A DNA stretch of 64,000 nucleotides from Eledone cirrhosa. Its lineage: Eukaryota. Of this stretch, positions 11,023 through 22,900 are shown in pieces. The stretch covers positions 278,318,001-278,382,000 of the forward strand of contig OZ024741.1 of the NCBI GenBank assembly GCA_964016885.1, given 5' to 3'. The first letter of the stretch is position 1, and each line of letters opens with the position of its first letter. Under the pieces are notes generated by a model, which saw only the letters and a list, made by a program, of their open reading frames with translations, ran no database searches and had not been told where the DNA came from. A program made the translations under genes and the position numbers.

Positions 11023-13095
11023 CAGTCTCCCCCATGTCGACCCAATAGAGGGACCAGCAGTGTTAGTCGAGGGGAGTATAATAAGTAAGGCAATCAAGGA
11101 TATGAAGACAGGTAAGGCGGCTGGGCCTTCGGAAATAGTTGCTGAGATGCTGAAGGCATCTGGCACGGTGGGACACACCATGGTCACCCGCATAGTTAAC
11201 CAAGTCGTACAGAATGGGGTTGTTCCGAAGGACTGGCATAGCAGCATCATCGTTAACTGTTATAAGGGTAAAGGAGACGCCCTAGATAGGAGTAACTATA
11301 GAGGCATTAAATTAATCGACCAGGTCATGAAGGTCACAGAAAAAGTAATAGCGCAACTAATCAGAGAGACAATTGACCTAGATGAAATGCAGTTCGGGTT
11401 TGTGTCAGGCAAAAGTACCACAGACGCTCTTTTCATAGTACGACAACTACAGGAGAAGTACCTAGCTAAAGGTAAACCCCTCTACTTAGCTTTTGTCGAC
11501 TTGGAGAAAGCCTTCGACAGAGTCCCCCGCTCCATTATCTGGTGGGCTCTTAGAAAACTAGGCGTTGACGAATGGCTTGTGAGGGCTATACAAGCCATGT
11601 ATAAAGAAACAGTCAGCAAGGTTAGAATTAACAACGAATATAGTGAAGAGTTTAGCGTAAAAGTTGGCGTCCATCAGGGCTCTGTTCTCAGCCCCCTACT
11701 ATTTATTATTGCCCTTCAGGCTATAACAGAGGAGTTCAAGACAGGCTGCCCATGGGAACTCCTATACGCAGACGACCTGACACTCATAGCGGAATCAATG
11801 GCCGAGCTAGAGAAGAAATTCCAAACATGGAAGCACGGCCTAGAGTCAAAAGGACTTAAAATTAACCTGGCTAAGACCAAAGTTCTAGTTTGTAGGAAAG
11901 AAAACAAGGCGGCGGTCCCTTCTGGGAAATGGTCGTGCTCGGTGTGTAGGAAAGGCGTAGGTAGAAACTCCATTTTGTGTCCTAAATGCAAAGTATGGGT
12001 GCATAAAAGATGTAGTGGGATCACAGGTAAGCTAACTAAGAACATAGATTTTACATGTGGCCGGTGTTCTGGTGCAATAAGTAGCAGCAAGTGCCCACAC
12101 AATACTAGCTCTTTCAATTGCGCAGAGGGTTCTATAGAAATAGTGGACAGCTTCCGTTACCTGGGCGATAAAATCAGCAGTGGGGGAGGGTGCTCTGAAA
12201 GTACTGTAGCTAGAGTCAGAACTGGTTGGAAAAAGTTCAGAGAGCTTATACCACTATTAGCTGCTAAAGGGTTCTCCCTAAAAATGAAAGGCAGGTTGTA
12301 CGATGCCTGCATACGAACAGCAATGTTGCATGGCAGTGAGACCTGGGCATTGTGTGCAGAGGATATACGCAGACTAGAGAGGAACGAAGCTTGCATGCTC
12401 CGCTGGATGTGTAACAGTAATATACGTGAACGGCAAAGCATAAACGAACTAAGGAAAAAATTAGAGATAAGAGGGATCAGATGTTGTTTACTCGAGAGAA
12501 GGCTACGTTGGTATGGACACGTGATGCGCATGAAAGTCGATAGCTGTATAACAAAGTGCAGGGCAATAAAGATAGACGGTAGCCACGGAATAGGCAGACC
12601 TAGAAAAACCTGGGACGAGCTGATAAACTCCGACCTCACACACTTACACCTCTCCAAGACAATGTCACTGGACCGAGACCTTTGGCGGTACTCAGTAACA
12701 GAGAAGACCCGCCTTGCCAGTAGGCATCTCTAACAAAATACACCCCGTCCCACCACCACCACCCCCACCCCATCCACACCACCCCGTCCTATGTAAAGTT
12801 ATGTTGGTGCCGCGCCATCCGGGCCGAAACAAATGAGATCGTGTAGGTGTCACGACAAAAAAACACACAGTCCACGCTGTAAATGTGGCCGTGTAGGCAA
12901 CACGGTAAAAACCTCCCAGACCCACACTGTAAATGTGGTTGGTGTTAGGAAGGGCATCCAACTGTAGAAAACCTGCCAGACAGTCCTATGCGAGCAAGAC
13001 AATCACTCTTGCCTCAAGTGGGACTACCCCCGTCCAAACCCATGCAAGCGTGGAACACGGACGTTAAACGTTGATGATGATGATGATGATGATGA
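11023..13095 (+). mobile_element. RTE LINE subfamily B, 5'-truncated (RT + PHD-type finger + C-terminus + 3' UTR)
   Basis: Open frame with FVDLEKAFD, HQGSVLSP, YADD, CSVC..CPKC..HKRC..CGRC; (GAT)n tail; 5' end abuts (TA)n. Confidence 0.95.
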
Positions 13096-13253
13096 TATAT
13101 ATATATATATATATTAGGTATAGGATTATCCAAGATGTAGTAATGGTTAATTACTACACTGGATATGGTTGACGTACGGTAAGAGGTTACTCTACGAGTT
13201 ATGGAAGAATTGTTCAAGAAACTTAGTTCCTGATCCTTCAGTATTCCGGAGTG

Positions 13254-14170
13254 TATATAAAGAATGAATAATAACAGGTAGACATCATAAAAAGGTAATT
13301 TATTCCGTGTGCTTACAAGTGTTTCCACGGTGGTACTGCAGCCTAGTTATGCTATGTGCAAATTCACAAGTACTTGCAGAACTCGAATATCCAATGCTGT
13401 GACCACTGTTTCCTCAGAGCAGAATGGTAAATGTACAATGTAAATACCCTTAAGTGGGGTTGTTGGGGAAGAAAGAGTAGAAAAGGAAGAGAGAAAAGTA
13501 GGGAAGAGGGAGAGAGAAAGAAAGATATGCAGGGGTTGGAGAAGTAGGAGAGAGTGGCTTGTAGATATCTTAATCAAAATGTTATGGTAGGGGTTTTATT
13601 ATACTGGTTACTTTTGGAGAGATGCATTGATAGTTAAGGTCGGAATTGTTTATTGCCCCAGAGGGCAGGTTCATAGATGTTGAGAGGGAGGTAGCTCAAA
13701 GGTGAGAGAGAGAGAGAGAGTGTAATGGATGTAGAGAGAGATAGGTAGAGAGGGGACAGACAAAGTATGTGTGGTAAGTGAACTTTGGGTTTGTAGTAGT
13801 AATCTAGGAATTGCACTGAGTTACCATGTATAGTGATAAGCAGTGTATTGTCTTGTAGTGTGGGGGGAAGAGAAGGTTGTTAGCTAGAAAGTGGTGTTAT
13901 AGTTACGGGTTCAAATGTTAAGTTATTTTATAGTGAGAGAATTTAGCTTTTAGTTTGTGGTTGCAGTATAATGATCGTTCAATTCTATCGTCAAGTAGTT
14001 TGTTTTTGGATTTTAATATGGTCACAGCATTGGATATTTGAGTTCTGCAAGTACTTGTGAATTTGCACGTAGCATAACTAGGCTGCAGTACCACCGTGGA
14101 AACACTTGTAAGCACACGGAATAAATTACCTTTTTATGATGTCTACCTGTTATTATTCATTCTTTATATA
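13254..14170. repeat. Inverted repeat, ~150-bp arms with ~610-bp spacer
   Basis: 13254-13405 is the reverse complement of 14019-14170; probably a Penelope-like fold-back remnant (inference). Confidence 0.8.
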
Positions 14171-14506
14171 TATATATATATATATATATATGTAAATATA
14201 TGTGTATATGTATATATATATATATATATGTATATGTAAATATATGTGTATATGTATATATATATAAACGGAAAAAATGAAACGAAATTTCATTTCTCAC
14301 TCTTAGTACGGCTGTTACTTAAATATAAGTATGTATACAGACGTACAGTAGTATGTATATATATATATATACATACATGCACACATACGTATGGATTCAC
14401 CGAACATTTATTATAATGCTTGCTGTGTTTGTAAACAAACATCCCAAATTAAGCCGTACAGTGTCTAGCAACCATCGTTGCTCATTTGTTCAACACTGAC
14501 AAAGGA

Positions 14507-14549
14507 ACGCTGTACTAGTTTCAAGCTTATTAGCTATCGTCAGGAACGT
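14507..14549 (-). ncRNA. Minimal type I hammerhead ribozyme motif (Penelope-type)
   Basis: ACGUUC-CUGACGA-U-AGCU-AAUA-AGCU-U-GAAA-CUAG-UA-CAGCGU: intact CUGANGA/GAAA core, stem II, palindromic ACUAGU helix III, GUA triplet; C:C mismatch closing helix I. Confidence 0.65.
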
Positions 14550-14591
14550 ATACCTTCCTGCCAGATGGTTGAACGTCTGGCAGGAAGGTAT

Positions 14592-14634
14592 ACGTTGTTG
14601 ACGATAGCTAATAAGCTTGAAACTAGTACAGCGT
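14592..14634 (+). ncRNA. Minimal type I hammerhead motif, C3U variant
   Basis: ACGUUG-UUGACGA-U-AGCU-AAUA-AGCU-U-GAAA-CUAG-UA-CAGCGU; helix I ACGUUG:CAGCGU is fully paired. Confidence 0.55.
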
Positions 14635-14775
14635 TCCTTTGTCAGTGTTGAACAAATGAGCAACGATGGTTGCTAGACACTGTATGGCTTAATTCGGGAT
14701 ATTTGTTTACAAACACACCGAGCATTATAATAAATGTTCGGTGAATCCATACGTACATATATATATGTGTGCATG

Positions 14776-14811
<36 letters not shown>

Positions 14812-15039
14812 CTACTGTACATCTGTATACATATATGTATGTACGTATACATACTTATCATCATCATCATTTTACGTCTGCTTTTCCCTGCTTGCAAGGG
14901 TGGGATGGGATCTGATTCTGGCTTGATTTCTACAGCTGGATGCCCTTCCTAACACCAACCTCATTTACACTGGGTGCTTTTTTGCCGTGGCACCTCCACG
15001 ACCACTTTGCAGTGGAATGATATGGACCTCAGTCCCTAT

Positions 15040-15187
15040 CATCTCATTTCTACAGCTGAGTAAACTGGAGCAATGTGAAATAAAGTGTCTTGCTCAAGGA
15101 AACAACACATCACCCGGTCTGAGAATTGAACTCACAACCTTTCGATTGCAAAGCCAATGCTCTAACCACTAAGCCATGTGCCTTCAT
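15040..15187 (-). mobile_element. tRNA-derived SINE head
   Basis: Minus strand TGGCTTAGTGG (A box), GAGTTCAATTC (B box), then CCTTGAGCAAGACACTTTA...TGCTCCAGT; a related copy lies at ~45330-45595. Confidence 0.75.
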
Positions 15188-15695
15188 CATCATCATCATC
15201 ATCATCATCAACGTTTAACGTCCGTGTTCCACGCTTGCATGGGTTTGGACGGGGGTTTTCCCACTTGAGGCAAGAGTGATTGTCTTGCTCGCATAGGACT
15301 GTCTGGCGGGTTTTCTACAGCTGTATGCCCTTCCTAATACCAATCACATTTACAGTGTGGGGCTGGGAGGTTTTTACCGTGTTGCCTACACGGCCACATT
15401 ACAGCGTGGACTGTCTGGCGGGTTTTCTACAGCTGGATGCCCTTCCTAACACCAACCACATTTACAGTGTGGGGCTGGGAGGTTTTTACCGTGTTGCCTA
15501 CACGGCCACATTACAGCGTGGACTGTGTGTTTTTTTGTCGTGACACCTACACGATCTCATTTGTTTCGGCCTGGATGTTGTGGCACCAACATAACTTTAC
15601 ATTGAAAGGGGCGGTGTGGATGGGGTGGGGGTGGTGGGACGGGGGTGTGTTTTGTTAGAGATGCCTACTGACTGTAGTAGGTTTTACTTTGTATT
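15188..15695 (-). mobile_element. RTE subfamily B 3' UTR with internal ~115-bp duplication
   Basis: Reverse complement of ~12720-13090; the segment GACTGTCTGGCGGG...ACAGCGTG occurs twice. Confidence 0.85.
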
Positions 15696-15765
15696 ATATA
15701 TATATATATGTATATGTAAATATATGCAATATATATATGTAAATATATGTGTATATGTATGTGTA

Positions 15766-15800
<35 letters not shown>

Positions 15801-15899
15801 ATGTATATATCACATTTGAGCTTTGAAATTTTCTTTGCCTTTATATGGTTGAGTTATCAACTCATCTAAACTAGATTATCTATTTATATATATATATAT

Positions 15900-16560
15900 A
15901 AAGGTGGTCGTGGAGGTGCCACGGCAAAAAAGCAACCAGCCCTCACTGTAAAGGGGACGTGTAGGCACCACAAAAAAGCACCCAGCACTCACTGTAAATG
16001 AGGTTGGTGTTAGGAAGGGCATCCACCTGTAGAAATCAAGCCAAATCAGTTCCTGTATGAGCAAGGCATGGTCAGCCAACCAGACACTGCCCACAACAGG
16101 ACAACCCGTCTAACCCATGCTAGCGTGGAAGAACGGACGTAAAACGGTGATGATGATGATGATGATATCACCATCATCATCATCGTTTAACGTGAATTTT
16201 TCCATGCTAGCACGGGTTAGACATGTTATCCTATTGTGAGCAATGTTAGGACAAATGACCATCTCATGCTCATACAGAACCGATTTTGGCTTGATTTCTA
16301 CAGCTGGATGTCCTTCCCAGCGGCAACTTCATTTACAGTGAGTTCTGGATGCTATTTGTCATGACGCCTATATGACCACTTTACAGTGTGGACTGGGCGC
16401 TTTTGCCAAACACGACCACTTTACAGCGTGGACTGGACGCTTTTGTCAAATACAACCACTTTACAGTGTGGGCTGAGTGCTTTTTATCATGTCACCATCA
16501 CGACCACTTTTCAGTGTGGGCTGGAGGCTTTACTGGATGCGTGTGTGGGTGTGGGTGTGG
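15900..16560. mobile_element. Tail-to-tail pair: RTE subfamily C 3' UTR (+) and a related 4-module non-autonomous copy (-)
   Basis: (GAT)n tail at ~16150-16165 is followed directly by (CAT)n and the reverse-complement UTR motifs. Confidence 0.75.
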
Positions 16561-16994
16561 GTGTGTGGGGTAGAGTGTTAGTGGGTGGGGTGGTGCATAT
16601 TAAACATACATATATATAACTGATTTTATGGTAGAAGCATAGCAAAATATGATTCAGTGATCTGTTTAATTGTAAGAGAAATTAGATTCTCCATGTATGG
16701 TTAATTCTTGGTTGATGTCATCTGAAATTGAGTGGAGAAAGAGATTGAAGTACAGCAGAAGAAGCATTATCAGAAAAGAAAGCAAGAGTTGCTTTTGTTT
16801 TAATAATGCACCATCCACTGAAATTAGCCATTAGTTGCTTCGAGCTGACGTAATTTTAAACAACCTTAATTATTAAGGCATACTGAACAGCTGAAGTACC
16901 AGAATCTGGTGAGGTTCATGTTGAGACTATCCAGTTTATTTAATGATAGGTTAAGGTTTAAAGATTCCATCAATATTTTAAATATTACTGTGTG

Positions 16995-19900
16995 GATAGG
17001 TACAGGTGTGGCTGTATGATAGGTAGAGGTGTGGTTGTATGATAGGTAGAGGTGTGGCTGTATGATAGGTAGAGGTATGGTTGTATGATAGGTAGAGGTG
17101 TGGTTGTATGATAGGTAGAGGTAGGGCTGTATGATAGGTAGAGGTAGGGCTGTATGATAGGTAGAGGTGTGGCTGTATGATAGGTACAGGTATGGCTGTA
17201 TGATAGATAGAGGTGTGGTTGTATGATAGGTAGAGGTGTGGCTGTATGATAGGTAGAGGTGTGGTTGTATGATAGGTAGAGGTGTGGCTGTATGATAGGT
17301 AGAGGTATGGTTGTATGATAGGTAGAGGTGTGGTTGTATGATAGGTAGAGGTAGGGCTGTATGATAGGTAGAGGTAGGGCTGTATGATAGGTAGAGGTGT
17401 GGCTGTATGATAGGTACAGGTATGGCTGTATGATAGATAGAGGTGTGGTTGTATGATAGGTAGAGGTGTGGTTGTATGATAGGTAGAGGTAGGGCTGTAT
17501 GATAGGTAGAGGTAGGGCTGTATGATAGGTACAGGTATGGCTGTATGATAGATAGAGGTGTGGTTGTATGATAGGTAGAGGTGTGGTTGTATGATAGGTA
17601 GAGGTATGGTTGTATGATAGGTAGTGGTAGGGCTGTATGATAGGTGAGGTAGGGCTGTATGATAGGTAGAGGTAGGGCTGTATGATAGGTACAGGTATGG
17701 CTGTATGATAGATAGAGATGTGGTTGTATGATAGGTAGAGGTATGGTTGTATGATAGGTAGAGGTATGATTGTATGATAGGTAGAGGTAGGGCTGTATGA
17801 TAGGTAGAGGTAGGGCTGTATGATAGGTAGAGGTAGGGCTGTATGATAGGTAGAGGTAGGGCTGCATGATAGGTAGAGGTATGGTTGTATGATAGGTAGA
17901 GGTATGGTTGTATGATAGGTAGAGGTATGGTTGTATGATAGGTAGAGGTAGGGCTGTATGATAGGTAGAGGTAGGGCTGTATGATAGGTAGAGGTAGGGC
18001 TGTATGATAGGTACAGGTATGGTTGTATGATAGGTAGAGGTGTGGTTGTATGATAGGTAGAGGTGTGGTTGTATGATAGGTAGAGGTGTGGTTGTATGAT
18101 AGGTAGAGGTGTGGTTGTATGATAGGTAGAGGTGTGGCTGTATGATAGGTAGAGGTGTGGTTGTATGATAGGGAGAGGTGTGGTTGTATGATAGGTAGAG
18201 GTGTGGCTGTATGATAGGTAGAGGTGTGGTTGTATGATAGGTAGAGGTAGGGCTGTATGATAGGTAGAGGTGTGGCTGTATGATAGGTAGAGGTGTGGCT
18301 GTATGATAGGTAGAGGTAGGGCTGTATGATAGGTAGAGGTAGGGCTGTATGATAGGTAGAGGTGTGGCTGTATGATAGGTAGAGGTGTGGCTGTATGATA
18401 GGTAGAGGTGTGGCTGTATGATAGGTAGAGGTGTGGTTGTATGATAGGTAGAGGTGTGGCTGTATGATAGGTAGAGGTGTGGCTGTATGATAGGTAGAGG
18501 TATGGCTGTATGATAGGTAGAGGTGTGGTTGTATGATAGGTACAGGTGTGGCTATATGATAGGTAGAGGTGTGGTTGTATGATAGGTAGAGGTAGGGCTG
18601 TATGATAGGTAGAGGTAGGGCTGTATGATAGGTAGAGGTGTGGTTGTATGATAGGTAGAGGTGTGGTTGTATGATAGGTAGAGGTGTGGTTGTATGATAG
18701 TTAGAGGTGTGGCTGTATGATAGGTAGAGGTAGGGTTGTATGATAGGTAGAGGTGTGGCTGTATGATAGGTAGAGGTAGGGCTGTATGATAGGTAGAGGT
18801 GTGGCTGTATGATAGGTAGAGGTGTGGCTGTATGATAGGTAGAGGTGTGGTTGTATGATAGGTAGAGGTGTGGCTGTATGATAGGTAGAGGTAGGGTTGT
18901 ATGATAGGTAGAGGTGTGGCTGTATGATAGGTACAGGTGTGGTTGTATGATAGGTAGAGGTGTGGCTGTATGATAGGTAGAGGTGTGGCTGTATGATAGG
19001 TAGAGGTAGCATTGTATGATAGGTAGAGGTGTGGTTGTATGATAGGTAGAGGTAGGGCTGTATGATAGGTACAGGTGTGGTTGTATGATAGGGAGAGGTG
19101 TGGTTGTATGATAGGTAGAGGTGTGGCTGTATGATAGGTAGAGGTAGGGCTGTATGATAGGTAGAGGTAGGGCTGTATGATAGGTAGAGGTAGGGCTGTA
19201 TGATAGGTACAGGTAGCGTTGTATGATAGGTAGAGGTGTGGCTGTATGATAGGTAGAGGTGTGGCTGTATGATAGGTACAGGTGTGGTTGTATGATAGGT
19301 AGAGGTGTGGTTGTATGATAGGTAGAGGTGTGGTTGTATGATAGGTAGAGGTGTGGTTGTATGATAGGTAGAGGTATGGTTGTATGATAGGTAGAGGTGT
19401 GGCTGTATGATAGGTAGAGGTGTGGCTGTATGATAGGTAGAGGTGTGGCTGTATGATAGGTAGAAGTGTGGTTGTATGATAGGTAGAGGTGTGGCTGTAT
19501 GATAGGTAGAGGTAGGGCTGTATGATAGGTAGAGGTAGGGCTGTATGATAGGTAGAGGTATGGCTGTATGATAGGTAGAGGTGTGGCTGTATGATAGGTA
19601 GAGGTGTGGCTGTATGATAGGTAGAGGTGTGGTTGTATGATAGGTAGAGGTGTGGTTGTATGATAGGTAGAGGTGTGGTTGTATGATAGGTAGAGGTATG
19701 GTTGTATGATAGGTAGAGGTGTGGCTGTATGATAGGTAGAGGTGTGGCTGTATGATAGGTAGACGTGTGGCTGTATGATAGGTAGAAGTGTGGTTGTATG
19801 ATAGGTAGAGGTAGGGCTGTATGATAGGGAGAGGTAGGGCTGTATGATAGGTAGAGGTGTGGCTGTATGATAGGTAGAAGTGTGGTTGTATGATAGGTAG

Positions 19901-22900
19901 AGGTGTGGCTGTATGATAGGTAGAGGTAGGGCTGTATGATAGGTAGAGGTGTGGCTGTATGATAGGTACAGGTATGGTTGTATGATAGGTACAGGTAGCG
20001 TTGTATGATAGGTAGAGGTGTGGCTGTATGATAGGTACAGGTAGCGTTGTATGATAGGTAGAGGTGTGGTTGTATGATAGGTAGAGGTAGGGCTGTATGA
20101 TAGGTACAGGTGTGGTTGTATGATAGCTAGAGGTGTGGTTGTATGATAGGTAGAGGTAGGGCTGTATGATAGGTAGAGGTGTGGCCGTATGATAGGTAGA
20201 GGTGTGGCTGTATGATAGGTAGAGGTAGGGCTGTATGATAGGTAGAGGTAGGGCTGTATGATAGGTAGAGGTAGGGCTGTATGATAGGTAGAGGTAGGGC
20301 TGTATGATAGGTAGAGGTGTGGTTGTATGATAGGTAGAGGTGTGGCTGTATGATAGGTAGAGGTATGGTTGTATGATAGGTAGAGGTGTGGTTGTATGAT
20401 AGGTAGAGGTGTGGCTGTATGATAGGTAGAGGTGTGGTTGTATGATAGGGAGAGGTGTGGTTGTATGATAGGTAGAGGTAGGGCTGTATGATAGGTAGAG
20501 GTAGGGCTGTATGATAGGTAGAGGTAGGGCTGTATGATAGGTACAGGTGTGGTTGTATGATAGGGAGAGGTGTGGTTGTATGATAGGGAGAGGTGTGGCT
20601 GTATGATAGGTACAGGTGTGGTTGTATGATAGGTAGAGGTAGGGCTGTATGATAGGTAGAGGTAGGGCTGTATGATAGGTACAGGTGTGGTTGTATGATA
20701 GGGAGAGGTGTGGTTGTATGATAGGTAGAGGTAGGGCTGTATGATAGGTAGAGGTAGGGCTGTATGATAGGTAGAGGTAGGGCTGTATGATAGGTACAGG
20801 TGTGGTTGTATGATAGGGAGAGGTGTGGTTGTATGATAGGGAGAGGTGTGGCTGTATGATAGGTACAGGTGTGGTTGTATGATAGGTAGAGGTGTGGTTG
20901 TATGATAGGGAGAGGTGTGGCTGTATGATAGGTACAGGTGTGGTTGTATGATAGGTAGAGGTAGGGCTGTATGATAGGTAGAGGTAGGGCTGTATGATAG
21001 GTACAGGTGTGGTTGTATGATAGGGAGAGGTGTGGTTGTATGATAGGTAGAGGTAGGGTTGTATGATAGGTACAGGTGTGGTTGTATGATAGGTAGAGGT
21101 GTGGTTGTATGATAGGTAGAGGTAGGGCTGTATGATAGGTACAGGTGTGGTTGTATGATAGGGAGAGGTGTGGTTGTATGATAGGGAGAGGTGTGGCTGT
21201 ATGATAGGTACAGGTGTGGTTGTATGATAGGTAGAGGTAGGGCTGTATGATAGGTAGAGGTAGGGCTGTATGATAGGTACAGGTGTGGTTGTATGATAGG
21301 TAGAGGTGTGGCTGTATGATAGGTACAGGTGTGGTTGTATGATAGGTAGAGGTGTGGTTGTATGATAGGTAGAGGTAGGGCTGTATGATAGGTAGAGGTG
21401 TGGCCGTATGATAGGTAGAGGTGTGGCTGTATGATAGGTAGAGGTAGGGCTGTATGATAGGTAGAGGTAGGGCTGTATGATAGGTAGAGGTAGGGCTGTA
21501 TGATAGGTAGAGGTAGGGCTGTATGATAGGTAGAGGTAGGGCTGTATGATAGGTAGAGGTGTGGTTGTATGATAGGTAGAGGTGTGGCTGTATGATAGGT
21601 AGAGGTATGGTTGTATGATAGGTAGAGGTGTGGTTGTATGATAGGTAGAGGTGTGGCTGTATGATAGGTAGAGGTGTGGTTGTATGATAGGTAGAGGTAG
21701 GGCTGTATGATAGGTACAGGTGTGGTTGTATGATAGGGAGAGGTGTGGTTGTATGATAGGGAGAGGTGTGGCTGTATGATAGGTACAGGTGTGGTTGTAT
21801 GATAGGTAGAGGTAGGGCTGTATGATAGGTAGAGGTAGGGCTGTATGATAGGTAGAGGTGTTGTTGTATGATAGGTAGAGGTAGGGCTGTATGATAGGGA
21901 GAGGTGTTGTTGTATGATAGGTAGAGGTAGGGCTGTATGATAGGTACAGGTGTGGTTGTATGATAGGGAGAGGTGTGGTTGTATGATAGGTAGAGGTGTG
22001 GTTGTATGATAGGTAGAGGTAGGGCTGTATGATAGGTAGAGGTAGGGCTGTATGATAGGGAGAGGTGTGGCTGTATGATAGGTAGAGGTGTGGTTGTATG
22101 ATAGGGAGAGGTGTGGTTGTATGATAGGTAGAGGTAGGGCTGTATGATAGGTAGAGGTAGGGCTGTATGATAGGTAGAGGTAGGGCTGTATGATAGGTAC
22201 AGGTGTGGTTGTATGATAGGGAGAGGTGTGGTTGTATGATAGGGAGAGGTGTGGCTGTATGATAGGTACAGGTGTGGTTGTATGATAGGTAGAGGTGTGG
22301 TTGTATGATAGGGAGAGGTGTGGCTGTATGATAGGTACAGGTGTGGTTGTATGATAGGTAGAGGTAGGGCTGTATGATAGGGAGAGGTGTTGTTGTATGA
22401 TAGGTAGAGGTAGGGCTGTATGATAGGTACAGGTGTGGTTGTATGATAGGGAGAGGTGTGGTTGTATGATAGGTAGAGGTAGGGCTGTATGATAGGTACA
22501 GGTGTGGTTGTATGATAGGTAGAGGTGTGGTTGTATGATAGGTAGAGGTAGGGCTGTATGATAGGTACAGGTGTGGTTGTATGATAGGGAGAGGTGTGGT
22601 TGTATGATAGGTAGAGGTAGGGCTGTATGATAGGTACAGGTGTGGTTGTATGATAGGGAGAGGTGTGGTTGTATGATAGGTAGAGGTATGGTTGTATGAT
22701 AGGTAGAGGTGTGGTTGTATGATAGGTAGAGGTAGGGCTGTATGATAGGTAGAGGTGTGGTTGTATGATAGGTAGAGGTGTGGCTGTATGATAGGGAGAG
22801 GTGTGGTTGTATGATAGGTAGAGGTGTGGTTGTATGATAGGTACAGGTGTGGTTGTATGATAGGTAGAGGTATGGTTGTATGATAGGTACAGGTATGGCT

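Larger units (their letters stand above)
14325..14835. repeat. Near-perfect ~500-bp palindrome
   Basis: Arms mirror around CCAGATGGTTGAACGTCTGG at 14561-14580. Confidence 0.92.

Noticed and set aside
15040-15187. Possible tRNA gene
   Set aside because: A and B boxes are present but continue into a SINE body with no complete cloverleaf.
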